From: an uncultured Puniceicoccaceae bacterium | GTDB taxonomy: Bacteria; Verrucomicrobiota; Verrucomicrobiia; Opitutales; Oceanipulchritudinaceae | NCBI GenBank assembly: GCA_963933835.1 | Contig: CAWVVV010000004.1 | Span: 96,001 to 160,000 of the forward strand | DNA length: 64,000 bases | Direction of reading: 5' to 3' | Shown: positions 30,354 to 40,126 of the stretch, piece by piece | How the letters are laid out: each line of letters begins with the position of its first letter | Position numbering within the stretch: the stretch's first letter is position 1 | Made by a program: the position numbers and the translations under genes | Notes under the pieces: model-generated | Told to the model about the DNA's origin: nothing | The model's database searches: none | Seen by the model: the letters and a program-made list of their open reading frames with translations, nothing else

Positions 30354-31787
30354 ATGACTGATTCTACTGTAACCTTTGAGATCTGGCCATCCGTCCTCGA
30401 GGAACTGCGCTCCGCCTTCCCAGTGGACACCTTCAATACGTGGTTCAGAAACCTTACGCCGCATTGGAATGGCGAGGATCAGCTCACGCTCTCGGCGAGC
30501 AATGAGTTTACTGCCATTTGGCTAGAGGAAAACTATTTAGAACTCTTGACTGAAAAGGTGAGTCAACGCGCGGGTTGTATCGTCGAGCTTGAGATTTTGG
30601 GCGCTCCAGCCGTTGTTGAGATGGCGGCACCTCAAACAGTTGAGAATGTAGTAGAAACTCCAGAACACAGCTTTTCCAATGGGCGCCTGCCGTCCCGGTT
30701 TGACACCACGGCAGCCACACGAGGTTTGGATCGAGCAGCCAAAAGGCAGAAAAGCTACATCAACCCCCGCAATACCTTCGAAAACTTCATCGTAGGCCCT
30801 AGCAATCAATTGGCACATGCAGCGGCGACCGCCGTCGCTGCTGAACCTGGGCACGCTTACAATCCGCTCTTCCTCTACGGTGACACAGGGCTGGGTAAGA
30901 CCCACCTCATGCACGCCATGGCGCATGCGATACAGGAGAAGGATCCAAGTGCAGTCGTCGTTTACGCCTCTTGTGAGAAGTTCACGAACAAGTTTCTCAA
31001 AGCGATCCGCGAAAACTCGCTTGATGAATTCAGGCGCTCTTTTCGAAAGATAGACGTCTTATTGATTGATGATATTCAATTCCTCGAAGGAAAGGAACGC
31101 ACCCAGGAGGAGTTTTTCCACACCTTCAACGACCTCTTTGAATCTCAACGCCAGATTTGCCTGTCTTCTGACCGGCCTGCGAGCGAGATTTCTAAGTTAG
31201 AGGCCCGTCTTGTCTCACGCTTCCAATGGGGCATGGCGACTGACATCCAGGCCCCCGACCTCGAGACACGCATTGCGATTTTCAAGAAGAAGGCCCTCGC
31301 GCAGGGTAATTGTAATGTCCCAGACGAAGTGCTCGAATTCCTCGCCCAGCGCATCACTCGTAGCGTTCGCCGGATGGAAGGCGCGTTGATGAAGGTCGTC
31401 GCGTTCTCACGTCTGACGCAAAAGCCGCTTGATATCCCAACAACAGAGCAGCTCGTTCGCGACATCCTACAGGAAGAGGCGCAAAACCAGATTTCAGTTG
31501 AGCTGATTCAGCGAAAGGTGGTCAATTATTTTGATCTCAAACTCGGCGACATGACGAGTAAGCGTCGCCCCAGCCATATCGCCTTCCCTCGACAAATCGC
31601 GATGTATCTTAGCCGGATACTGACTGATCTTCCGCTCAAGCTAATCGGGCAGGGGTTCGGTGGGCGTGATCACGGAACAGTGATTCATGCCTGCAAGACG
31701 GTCGAAAATATCATGGATCAAGATGATAAGGTGAAGCGTAACGTCGACTACCTGATCAAGCAGCTCAATGGCAGTGTGGGTGCTTAG
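30354..31787 (+). CDS. dnaA: Chromosomal replication initiator DnaA
   Basis: YNPLFLYGDTGLGKTHL, LIDDIQF, QEEFFHTFN, RQIAMYL, GGRDHGTVIHA. Confidence 0.97.
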   Translation: MTDSTVTFEIWPSVLEELRSAFPVDTFNTWFRNLTPHWNGEDQLTLSASNEFTAIWLEENYLELLTEKVSQRAGCIVELEILGAPAVVEMAAPQTVENVVETPEHSFSNGRLPSRFDTTAATRGLDRAAKRQKSYINPRNTFENFIVGPSNQLAHAAATAVAAEPGHAYNPLFLYGDTGLGKTHLMHAMAHAIQEKDPSAVVVYASCEKFTNKFLKAIRENSLDEFRRSFRKIDVLLIDDIQFLEGKERTQEEFFHTFNDLFESQRQICLSSDRPASEISKLEARLVSRFQWGMATDIQAPDLETRIAIFKKKALAQGNCNVPDEVLEFLAQRITRSVRRMEGALMKVVAFSRLTQKPLDIPTTEQLVRDILQEEAQNQISVELIQRKVVNYFDLKLGDMTSKRRPSHIAFPRQIAMYLSRILTDLPLKLIGQGFGGRDHGTVIHACKTVENIMDQDDKVKRNVDYLIKQLNGSVGA

Positions 31788-31855
31788 GCTCTCTTTCTAA
31801 GGCGAATACGCCTTACGGATTGCTAGTCACACGGTTCAACCTTTGCTTATCGACA

Positions 31856-32311
31856 ATGGATCTTAGCGATGAACAAAAACGTATCGTAGCCTCATGGATA
31901 GCCGACGGCTTGAGCCTTGCTGAGGTTCAGCGCCGCCTAGAAAGTGAGATGGAATTACGGATGACCTACATGGACGTCCGCTTTCTCATTGATGACCTTG
32001 AGATTGATATTCCTGAGCCACCGAAACCGGCAGTGGAAGAGGTTGCGCCCGACGCAAACTTGAACCCTGAGCCAGAGGTCGCCCCAACTCCTGAGGGAGT
32101 GAGCGTAGTGGTTGATAAGCTTACTCGGCCCGGGGCCGTAGTTAGCGGGCAAGTGACATTTTCCGACGGGCAAAAGGCAGGTTGGTTGCTCGATCAGACA
32201 GGACAACTCGGTCTCGACGGTGCTCCAAAGGATTACCGTCCATCAGATACGGACTTGGCTGATTTCCAAACGAAGCTAAAGGCCTCATTGCACCAGGCCG
32301 GATTGGCATAA
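31856..32311 (+). CDS. Conserved-looking hypothetical protein
   Basis: Coding-like ORF (MTYMDVRFLIDDL; SGQVTFSDGQKAGWLLDQTG); function unknown. Confidence 0.7.
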   Translation: MDLSDEQKRIVASWIADGLSLAEVQRRLESEMELRMTYMDVRFLIDDLEIDIPEPPKPAVEEVAPDANLNPEPEVAPTPEGVSVVVDKLTRPGAVVSGQVTFSDGQKAGWLLDQTGQLGLDGAPKDYRPSDTDLADFQTKLKASLHQAGLA

Positions 32312-32368
32312 ATAGATTTCTTCTGCGGCTTCTTGCCACGGTCCAGTGGAGTGCTAGTTTCCGATCAG

Positions 32369-32752
32369 ATGCCTACTAAATTTCTTCACACTCGAATTCG
32401 CGTTAGCGATCTAGAAAACAGTATCGACTGGTATGCGCGTGCAGCAGGCTTTGTCGTCGCTAAACGCAGTGATAAAAGCCCACAGGGCAACCAAGTTGTC
32501 CATCTAGAGTTGCCGGGGAATCCCCACATGCTGGAGCTCACCTATTCGCCCGATTTCAAGGTAGAGTTCCCCGAGGACCTCATGCACACCTGCATCGGGG
32601 TCGACGACATCATTGAATACTGTGATCGCGTTGAAAAAGATGGCTTTGAGGTCTGGCCGGGTAAATGGCGTGAAAAATTCTCCGATGGTGGCAAGAAAAT
32701 GGCCTTCCTCACCGATCCAGACGGCTACGAACTTGAGATCTTAGAAAACTAG
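32369..32752 (+). CDS. VOC/glyoxalase I (lactoylglutathione lyase-like) protein
   Basis: FLHTRIRVSDLE, LELTY, FLTDPDGYELE. Confidence 0.85.
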   Translation: MPTKFLHTRIRVSDLENSIDWYARAAGFVVAKRSDKSPQGNQVVHLELPGNPHMLELTYSPDFKVEFPEDLMHTCIGVDDIIEYCDRVEKDGFEVWPGKWREKFSDGGKKMAFLTDPDGYELEILEN

Positions 32753-32853
32753 GGTCGACCTTCGCCAAGATAGATCAGTTGCCGAGTGCGCGCCATCTGT
32801 GTTTGGAGATGGGCCCTTGACAGCGCATTTAGTCGGCCTTTCCATCGTAGGCA

Positions 32854-32907
32854 GTGGCACACACTCGAATTCAGAAAAGAGCGATTGCGATCCTCATTAT
32901 TTGCTAA
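32854..32907 (+). promoter_or_regulatory. Putative Ile-rich leader peptide (uORF) of cimA
   Basis: GTG...TAA = MAHTRIQKRAIAILIIC*; TTGACA at 32817; 8-bp stem 32908-32937 starts immediately after the stop. Confidence 0.65.
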
Positions 32908-33028
32908 GGAACTGGCCGAAAAGGCGTGTCCAGTTCCGATAACCCTGTTTTGCCGTCACGAAATGAAGCACCATCGACAAGGTGTCTTCGATTGATTGAG
33001 TGTTTTTCAAATTTACGAAGGATTTCCT

Positions 33029-34612
33029 ATGTCCGCACAAAGAACTGTTTACATCTATGATACGACCCTGCGCGATGGTACGCAGGGTGAAGGCGTTTCA
33101 TTTTCAGCCGCTGATAAAGTGCTCCTCGCGAAAGCGATGGACGAAATGAAGGTTGATTTTATCGAGGGAGGTTGGCCCGGTTCTAATCCCCGCGATATGG
33201 AGTTTTTTGACCTGATGAAAGGTCAGACCCTCTCGCATTCAAAACTCGCTGCATTCGGCTCTACTCGTCGAGCCAATGTGAAGGCCTCAGAAGATGCCCA
33301 GCTAGCGACGCTCCTTGCTGCAGACACCCCCGTTATCACCATCTTCGGTAAAACATGGCTACTGCACGTCACGGAGGTCTTGCGCACGACCGCAGAGGAG
33401 AATCTGTCCATGATCGAGGATTCAGTGCGTCATCTGAAAGACTCTGGTCGGCAGGTGATCTATGATGCCGAACACTTTTTCGACGGATACAAGGACAACG
33501 CCGAATACGCCTTGGAGACGCTCAATGCGGCCGTACGGGGGGGGGCCTCGAACGTCTCGTTGTGTGACACGAATGGCGGAAGTTTGCCTCATGAGGTGGA
33601 AGCGATCGTCGAAACCGTCGTGAAGGCCTTGCCCGGTGTTTCAATCGGGATGCACACGCACAACGACAGTGGTCTTGGGGTCGCTCTTGCGCTCATCGGA
33701 GTCCGTGTTGGCGCTGATCTAGTCCAAGGGACAATGAACGGCTATGGTGAGCGCGTAGGGAACGCTAACTTAACTTCCACCGTTCCATCCTTAGTCTTAA
33801 AATACGGTTACGAGGTGGCCTGCGCGAAAAACCTGCATGCCTGGCGCGATCTCTCTTTGCTTATCGCAAAGACGGCGAACCTCGTCCCCGACAACAAGGA
33901 GCCCTATGTAGGGCATTCAGCCTTCGCTCATAAAGGCGGTGTTCACGCCAATGCAGCAAAGAAAGTTTCTCATAGCTATGAGCACATCCGTCCGGAGTTA
34001 GTTGGGAACAAGCAACGCATCTTGCTCTCCGATATGTCGGGCGGAAGCAGTGTCGCGATGAAGGCGAGAGAACTCGGAATGGAGATCGAAGAGAAATCTC
34101 CCGAGATGCGCTCTTTTCTGAAGGAACTCAAAGCGCTCGAGAATCAAGGCTACGAATACGAAAACGCTGATGCCTCATTTGAAGTGCTGCTCTGGCGCCA
34201 CTTCCATAATTACGACGATGCCTTCAAGCTCGTGAGCTATCGGACAATCTCCGAAGTTGTTCGCGGACAGGAGGAGAACTTGTCTGAGGCCGTGGTGAAA
34301 ATCCAAGTCGAGGGTGATTCTGAAATCAAACTCACTGTCGCTGAGTCGCCCGGCCCTGTAGGTGCGCTAGACCATGCAACCCGCGAAGCCTTTGGTGCAC
34401 ACTTTCCTGAGCTTCGATCAGTGAAATTGATCGATTACAAAGTGCGTATTCTGCAGACCGATTTGGGAACAGATTCGGTTGTCCAAGTTCTGATGCTCTC
34501 TGGAGACGGTGAGAACACTTGGTGGACGTGTGGGGCTAACCCAAACATCATAGAAGCTAGTTGGGAAGCGATTCGGGATTCATTCCGTTTCAAGCTCCTG
34601 CGCAGCCAATAG
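33029..34612 (+). CDS. cimA: Citramalate synthase
   Basis: YDTTLRDGTQGEG, EGGWPGSNP, FGSTRR, IFGKTW.LHV, YDAEHFFDGYK, AHKGGVH. ATG 33029 with GAAGGA upstream. Confidence 0.92.
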   Translation: MSAQRTVYIYDTTLRDGTQGEGVSFSAADKVLLAKAMDEMKVDFIEGGWPGSNPRDMEFFDLMKGQTLSHSKLAAFGSTRRANVKASEDAQLATLLAADTPVITIFGKTWLLHVTEVLRTTAEENLSMIEDSVRHLKDSGRQVIYDAEHFFDGYKDNAEYALETLNAAVRGGASNVSLCDTNGGSLPHEVEAIVETVVKALPGVSIGMHTHNDSGLGVALALIGVRVGADLVQGTMNGYGERVGNANLTSTVPSLVLKYGYEVACAKNLHAWRDLSLLIAKTANLVPDNKEPYVGHSAFAHKGGVHANAAKKVSHSYEHIRPELVGNKQRILLSDMSGGSSVAMKARELGMEIEEKSPEMRSFLKELKALENQGYEYENADASFEVLLWRHFHNYDDAFKLVSYRTISEVVRGQEENLSEAVVKIQVEGDSEIKLTVAESPGPVGALDHATREAFGAHFPELRSVKLIDYKVRILQTDLGTDSVVQVLMLSGDGENTWWTCGANPNIIEASWEAIRDSFRFKLLRSQ

Positions 34613-34636
34613 CCACCGGCACTGACGAGTTAGGGC

Positions 34637-35869
34637 TTATCGGGTCGGCCCACCGACTTCGATCACCTCTTCACCACTTTTCACTACGATGAAACGCTCA
34701 GCGGGGGGTCCCGCGAGGTCTGTCCCAGGTGAATAGGTGGCGCGTGTCCAACGGCGAAATTCATCCCGGAGGATGTCTCGGCTCCCGTCGTCCCAGACGA
34801 TGAGACTGTGGTCGCTGAGAATCTCCCACTTGCCCGTTTTTTTGACGACGCCTTCGGACACTAGCTCTGCGTGTCCCCAGCTGAGAATGCGAACGGCACC
34901 CTGATCGGAGAAATCGGGATCAATTGATTTCCAGAGACCACGCAGCGTCGTCATAGTGGTCCGTCGGATGTCGCCTGCGCCGAAATAGCGTGCGGCCTCG
35001 GCAGCGTTCACTTGGCGCGCTTGACGGCGACTCTCGGGTTTGTTCTCGAAATCGTCTTTGCGCCCTAGACTTCCAAGTTCAAAGCCTTTGGGGCGTTTTT
35101 GTAAGATATCCTTCCGTCCAGATGGCCATGTGACCTGGGCCACGCCATCAGTGTAGCTCCAAATTCCCGTCGTATCGTTTTTTGACTTCGTCTTGCGGAG
35201 GGAAACAGATGCTTGGCCATTACGATCGAGAAAGATATAAAATCGGTCCGCATTGTCGGCCATCAGCCCGAAGAAAAGCCCTGGGCTTTGCTCGACCTCC
35301 CAATAACCTACAAATGGGTTTCGCATTGCGCCCCCTGGAGCTTTCATGGCCGGATCTTTCGAACTTGGTCCGGCGATAGAGAACGGCGACGGCGCTTTCC
35401 CTTCGTTCTCTTCTGCTATCTCAGCATCACTGCGCGTAAGGCTTCCAGGGACACGTGAATTGATCCGATAGGTCTGCGCGATGTAGTCAGGCGCCCCATT
35501 TATATCTGAATCTGGGTTATACGCTTCTCGCTTCAAGGTGGACCTATTATCGACGCTCAGGGCGTCTCGGTGGCCGCTTTCCCAAGTAATCACTAGTCGA
35601 GAGTCTACAACCTCCCAGGTGCCTTGGGTGATCTCGGTTGAAGCACTACCGACAAAGAAACAGGAAACCCGTCCACCTCGCTTGATGTTGAAGACGCACT
35701 TGTCGCCGATTTCTTCCTGTGTTTCCCAGAAACCGTAGAAATCACTCGGATTAGCACCGTAGGTAAGTGGACTAATGAAGCAGAAGCTTAGAAATAGGAA
35801 GAAGCAGGTTTTCAAGATGTAAAGTTTTGCGGGGTTTTGATCCTCCATACAACGGAGATTCAATATCAA
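34637..35869 (-). CDS. Hypothetical exported protein with three tandem Trp/Gly beta-rich repeats
   Basis: Signal peptide; three copies of GxW...GxW...WxxGxxDxL. Confidence 0.7.
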   Translation of the reverse strand: MILNLRCMEDQNPAKLYILKTCFFLFLSFCFISPLTYGANPSDFYGFWETQEEIGDKCVFNIKRGGRVSCFFVGSASTEITQGTWEVVDSRLVITWESGHRDALSVDNRSTLKREAYNPDSDINGAPDYIAQTYRINSRVPGSLTRSDAEIAEENEGKAPSPFSIAGPSSKDPAMKAPGGAMRNPFVGYWEVEQSPGLFFGLMADNADRFYIFLDRNGQASVSLRKTKSKNDTTGIWSYTDGVAQVTWPSGRKDILQKRPKGFELGSLGRKDDFENKPESRRQARQVNAAEAARYFGAGDIRRTTMTTLRGLWKSIDPDFSDQGAVRILSWGHAELVSEGVVKKTGKWEILSDHSLIVWDDGSRDILRDEFRRWTRATYSPGTDLAGPPAERFIVVKSGEEVIEVGGPTR

Positions 35870-36663
35870 AGTGAATGCTCTATATCAAGGGACTCACCAA
35901 GCTTTGAAAAGTTCAATCGTGTCCAACTGGCGAAGCCATCGTTAAGAGCCGATCGATCAGTGCGATCAGTTTCTGGATTCACGGTCCCTCCTTGGAACGT
36001 AAAGCGATAGGTTTCGCCATCATCTGATGCGTAGAGCGATCCCAGTGAGACATGACTTGGAAGCGTTTTTTGGATCTCAGTTTCCTTCCTCATCGAAGGT
36101 GGGTAATTGAGATTGTGGACGATGAGACCCGGTTGGCCTTCTTCGACGACAACTGCGGCGGCCTCTGAAACATGCCATGCCGATGCCTCCAAAACGTGCT
36201 GGAGTGCTTCTGGGATACGTTCTCGGTCTGCTTGAAGTTGGTCGAAGACCTCGCTTGGGAGTGACTGAGAGGCTGCGATTGCGGGGAGTCCCCAATGAGC
36301 GCCCTCGATCGCCCCCGCCAATGTGCCGGAGCTCAGGAGAAGCGGCATGGAGGTATTGAAGCCAATGTTGATACCCGACACGACAATGCTCGGTCGCTCC
36401 TTCAGAAGGTGCCCGATGGCAATGTTCACACAGTCTGTTGGTGTTCCGTCGATCGTCCAACCTTCAACCCCTTCCACTGGGTGCTTTTCAACATGAACAT
36501 CACGCCTCCTCGACATCGCTCTGCCGATCCAACTTTGTTCGCCTTTGGGTGCGGCCACAACGACTCGGAAGCGATCTGAGAGCGCCCGCACTAAGACATG
36601 AAGGAACGGAGAATCGATGCCGTCATCATTGGTCACGAGGGCGAGAGGAAGGGCAGCTTGCAT
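35866..36663 (-). CDS. surE: 5'/3'-nucleotidase SurE
   Basis: LVTNDDGI, DGTPTDCV, VVSGINIG, SGTLAGAIEG. Start 36663 preferred. Confidence 0.93.
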   Translation of the reverse strand: MQAALPLALVTNDDGIDSPFLHVLVRALSDRFRVVVAAPKGEQSWIGRAMSRRRDVHVEKHPVEGVEGWTIDGTPTDCVNIAIGHLLKERPSIVVSGINIGFNTSMPLLLSSGTLAGAIEGAHWGLPAIAASQSLPSEVFDQLQADRERIPEALQHVLEASAWHVSEAAAVVVEEGQPGLIVHNLNYPPSMRKETEIQKTLPSHVSLGSLYASDDGETYRFTFQGGTVNPETDRTDRSALNDGFASWTRLNFSKLGESLDIEHSL

Positions 36664-36765
36664 AAGGGATGACGGTTGATCCCATAGTCGACCCTGTCGA
36701 GCCTTCGAGGAAGGGTTTCGCTGTGCTTCTTGCCTTTCGAATACCGAAGGCAAGTATCGAAGTTG

Positions 36766-38034
36766 ATGGCCTCAAATACAGATACTTCGAACGATGAGCG
36801 GCGGGATGTTTCTCAACGCATGTTTCGTTTCGATCTCATTCGAGGCTCCATGCAGGGCATATTGGAAGGCTGTTGGCAGGTTTTTTCACTACTCGTCCTA
36901 ATTCGATACTTTCAGGCCGACGACTGGGTTAAAGGTCAGGTAGCGGCGGCATATGGATACGGTTTGATTATGACGCCTTTTGTCATTGCATGGCTCGGCC
37001 GAGGGAAAGGCCAAACGACCCACTTCATGTCAAAGCTCTGGTTGGCTGCGTCAGCCTGTTTAATGGCAGCTGCATTTGTCCCGTCGATCGTCGTGTTTTT
37101 CGGTGCGATGATCTTGTCGCAAATCCTGGTTGCTCAGGGCGTTCCATTGTTCACGGCCTTATACACCCAAAACTATTCGAAGAAGGAACGTGGAAAACGA
37201 CTCTCGCGGTCCGTCATCTTTGTTTCAGCTACACTGACAGTGTTTGGCCTGCTAGGTGGGTATATCTTAGACTATTCGCTAGGCTCGTATCGGATTCTCT
37301 ACGGGATTGGGGCTATCGCAGCGCTCCTTGGGGCGCTATCAATTCGAAAAATGCCGAGTGTGCCGATTGCGACCCTGAATAGCGGGGTGCTTGTAGAAAA
37401 TCTCCGCATGGCAGCCAAAGACCGCGTTTTTCGCCAATTACTGATTCGCTGGATGATAATGGGGATGGGAAATCTCATGCTGATTCCGCTCCGCATCGAG
37501 GTCTTAGCTAACCCGGAATACGGCATCAATGCGACCAACACTCAAATCGCATTTCTGATGACCTTCCTTGTTCCCGTTTTCCGCCTCGCATCCACCACGG
37601 TGTGGGGGAACGTCTTCGATCGATACAACCTCATTACCGTTCGCGTGGCGATTAATGGAGTTTTCTTTGCGAGCATCGCGCTCTTCTTCTTTTCGGGGAA
37701 CTTGGTCGGAATGGCGGTCGGTTGCGCACTCTTTGGAATCGCGATCGGTGGAGGCAGCGTGATGTGGGCCTTATGGGTAACTAAGGTTGCGCCACCTGGG
37801 AAAGTGACTCTCTACATGAGTGTGCATGGATTTTTTACCGGGACTCGAGCAGCCGTCGCGCCGTTCGTGGGATACGCTTTGCTCACGATAATGAGTCCTA
37901 TGCTAGTGGCTTCTATTTCGATCGTCCTGATCGCGCTTTCAACTTTTATATTCTTTCCTCTACGCCGTATCCTGATCGACAAAGATAAAGCGGATGAAGC
38001 GCGTCTACTTGGCCAGAGCCTCAATCGTAGATAA
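36766..38034 (+). CDS. MFS transporter
   Basis: About 12 hydrophobic segments; WGNVFDRY loop motif. Confidence 0.8.
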   Translation: MASNTDTSNDERRDVSQRMFRFDLIRGSMQGILEGCWQVFSLLVLIRYFQADDWVKGQVAAAYGYGLIMTPFVIAWLGRGKGQTTHFMSKLWLAASACLMAAAFVPSIVVFFGAMILSQILVAQGVPLFTALYTQNYSKKERGKRLSRSVIFVSATLTVFGLLGGYILDYSLGSYRILYGIGAIAALLGALSIRKMPSVPIATLNSGVLVENLRMAAKDRVFRQLLIRWMIMGMGNLMLIPLRIEVLANPEYGINATNTQIAFLMTFLVPVFRLASTTVWGNVFDRYNLITVRVAINGVFFASIALFFFSGNLVGMAVGCALFGIAIGGGSVMWALWVTKVAPPGKVTLYMSVHGFFTGTRAAVAPFVGYALLTIMSPMLVASISIVLIALSTFIFFPLRRILIDKDKADEARLLGQSLNRR

Positions 38035-38347
38035 AGCTGGGGAGGACCCACAAAGTGAAGAAGGCTATAGCAACGACGATTACAGCGACAGCAACACACC
38101 CAAAAGATTGCGCTCGGATGGATGATTTTACCAACTGTGGGTCGAGTAGTGGTTCGTATTGTGCCGCCGGTATTTCAGGCTCTGGCACTGCAACGACAGA
38201 CGGTGCTGTGGTCGGCACATGGTCAGTTGGCACGCAATCAGACGATTCGGTTTCACAACTAGCGATGAGCTGATCCAGCCACTGCAGATGATCAGCCACC
38301 TTTTGCCGCTGAGCCCGCAACTCTCTTAGTTCGTCCGCATCCGCCAT
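38021..38347 (-). CDS. Small hypothetical protein (coiled-coil N-terminus, C-terminal TM)
   Basis: ORF composition only. Confidence 0.55.
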   Translation of the reverse strand: MADADELRELRAQRQKVADHLQWLDQLIASCETESSDCVPTDHVPTTAPSVVAVPEPEIPAAQYEPLLDPQLVKSSIRAQSFGCVAVAVIVVAIAFFTLWVLPSFIYD

Positions 38348-38419
38348 CTATCGATAATATCGGTCACTGAGCGGGCGGCCTTACTCTGATTGATCGACGT
38401 CAGTTTCCCAGATTGAGGC

Positions 38420-38451
38420 AAAAATAAACCCCGGCGCAAACGCCGGGGTTT
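38420..38451 (-). terminator. Intrinsic terminator after ndk
   Basis: AAACCCCGGCG-caaa-CGCCGGGGTTT with an A-rich flank on the left. Confidence 0.85.
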
Positions 38452-38478
38452 GTAAAGACGATCTAGCTTAACAAGTTC

Positions 38479-38895
38479 CTAAGCAAAGACTTCGCCAGCG
38501 TCGAAGAATCGCTTGAGCTCAACTTCAGCAGCCTCAGGACTGTCTGATGCGTGCACGATGTTCTTCATTACATCACTGCCCCAGTCGCCACGGATTGTTC
38601 CACCGGGGGCAACCTTTGAATTTGTCGGGCCAACGAGGAGGCGAACGCGATCGATGACACCGTCGCCTTGGAGGGCCAAAACGATCACAGGTAGCGAGCT
38701 CATGAACGCAGCGATCTCTGGAAAGAAGGGCTTGTCGGCGATATGGGCGTAGTGCTCGACCAGCTTAGCTTGATCGAGTTGGATCATCTTGGCGCCAATA
38801 ACGGTAAATCCAGCTTGCTCGAAACGGTCGATGGTTGCTCCGACCTTACGCTTCGTAAAGGCATCGGGTTTGAGGATAATTAGGGATTTTTCCAT
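38479..38895 (-). CDS. ndk: Nucleoside diphosphate kinase
   Basis: MEKSLIILKPDA, HYAH, GTIRGD, NIVHASDS. Confidence 0.96.
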   Translation of the reverse strand: MEKSLIILKPDAFTKRKVGATIDRFEQAGFTVIGAKMIQLDQAKLVEHYAHIADKPFFPEIAAFMSSLPVIVLALQGDGVIDRVRLLVGPTNSKVAPGGTIRGDWGSDVMKNIVHASDSPEAAEVELKRFFDAGEVFA

Positions 38896-38977
38896 ATCTG
38901 GTGCTCTTTTTTGCATTATAAATAAGCCGGCAAAAGTGTCGCAACGGAGCTGATGGGCAAGCGGAAAGAGGACCAAA

Positions 38978-39965
38978 TTAACTCAACTCGATATCGCGGC
39001 TTTTCATCTTTGAGCGCACGTATCTCTGGACTTGGGACAGACTCGCAAGACGTGGCACCTGTCTAAGCTGCTGCGAAATTTTTGTCAGCTCGCCTGATTC
39101 TGCGATTTCAACCAATTCATCACCTACATAGTCGAAGGCACTCTTGATCGAAAAGTGTTCTTCCCAAACCCGGCGAGCGGTGATCTCCATTTCGATCATT
39201 CTGGGCAAATGTTCCCTCAAAATCTCATCGAGTTGATCAATGTCTTTTTCGGCGACGCGGATCGAAAAAGAATCCCAGTCGATGCCTCCCGGCGGGACCC
39301 AGTCATCCGAAATGATGACGGGGACACGGCCTGACTCCATGACTTCGAAAAGCCTGATCGAACCGCATCCGCGGCCACGGGGGCACAAGACAAACGATGA
39401 CTCCAAACTATAAGCGACAAATGCCTCCCGTAAGGCTTCGATCATAAACTGGTTTCCTGAGGTATAAGCTGGAATGACCATGCCTGAAGTATCGTAGATC
39501 GGATTCGATCCGCTGTTCTTACGAATTCTGATACGGATAGGGTGGTTCGAGCAGGAACCGCAGAAGCTATACAGATACCGCCTATGAGCAGAGTGGTCTA
39601 ACTCCGCGAGGACGCCTGAAGGTGTCGTGGACATAGAACCCGGTTCGAGCCTAATCCGAATGGTGCCACTTATTTGGGATCGATGCGTAGAGGCCAGGTA
39701 TGATTGGAACCGGATAGTCATCGCGGCAGAATATAAACGACTTCTGTTTCCACCGCTTGTAGACTGGATGATTGCGAATCGATTTAAAATGCGTGCCGAT
39801 ACCTGAATCTGCGAAAAGAATAAAGTCTGCCTCTGCGGGGTCATCAACGAGTGCATGGCGACGCGCAGCCGCACCACTTTGTCGTAAAAAGCGATACGGG
39901 CCTAAGTGCCAGTCGTCAGGGTGCGGTTTTTCCGACCGGCCGGTTTGGATCGAGATGTTGGCCAC
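38978..39965 (-). pseudogene. Exostosin/GT47-family glycosyltransferase, disrupted
   Basis: DDPAEADFILF in one frame ending at TAG 39653-39651; YSFCGS, FVLCPRGRG, RLFEVMESGRVPVIISD in another frame. Confidence 0.75.
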
Positions 39966-40126
39966 TAGAGTTTAGAAGGATACTGAGAGGAGAACCTCTT
40001 CATCTAAGAGCAGATTCCATTTTCATTCTATTGTCTAGTAGTGGATCTATTCTCCAGCGAATTATAAACTTTTTACATTCCTCCAAATCATGGAATATAT
40101 TCAGATGTGGGGGCTCAACATAGACA

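Noticed and set aside
32786..32995. 69-aa ORF-track ORF upstream of cimA
   Set aside because: No recognisable features and it spans the promoter. The Ile-rich uORF in another frame explains the region better.
33537..33545. G9 homopolymer in cimA as a phase-variation tract
   Set aside because: In frame (Arg-Gly-Gly-Ala) in a metabolic gene, with no evidence of length variation.
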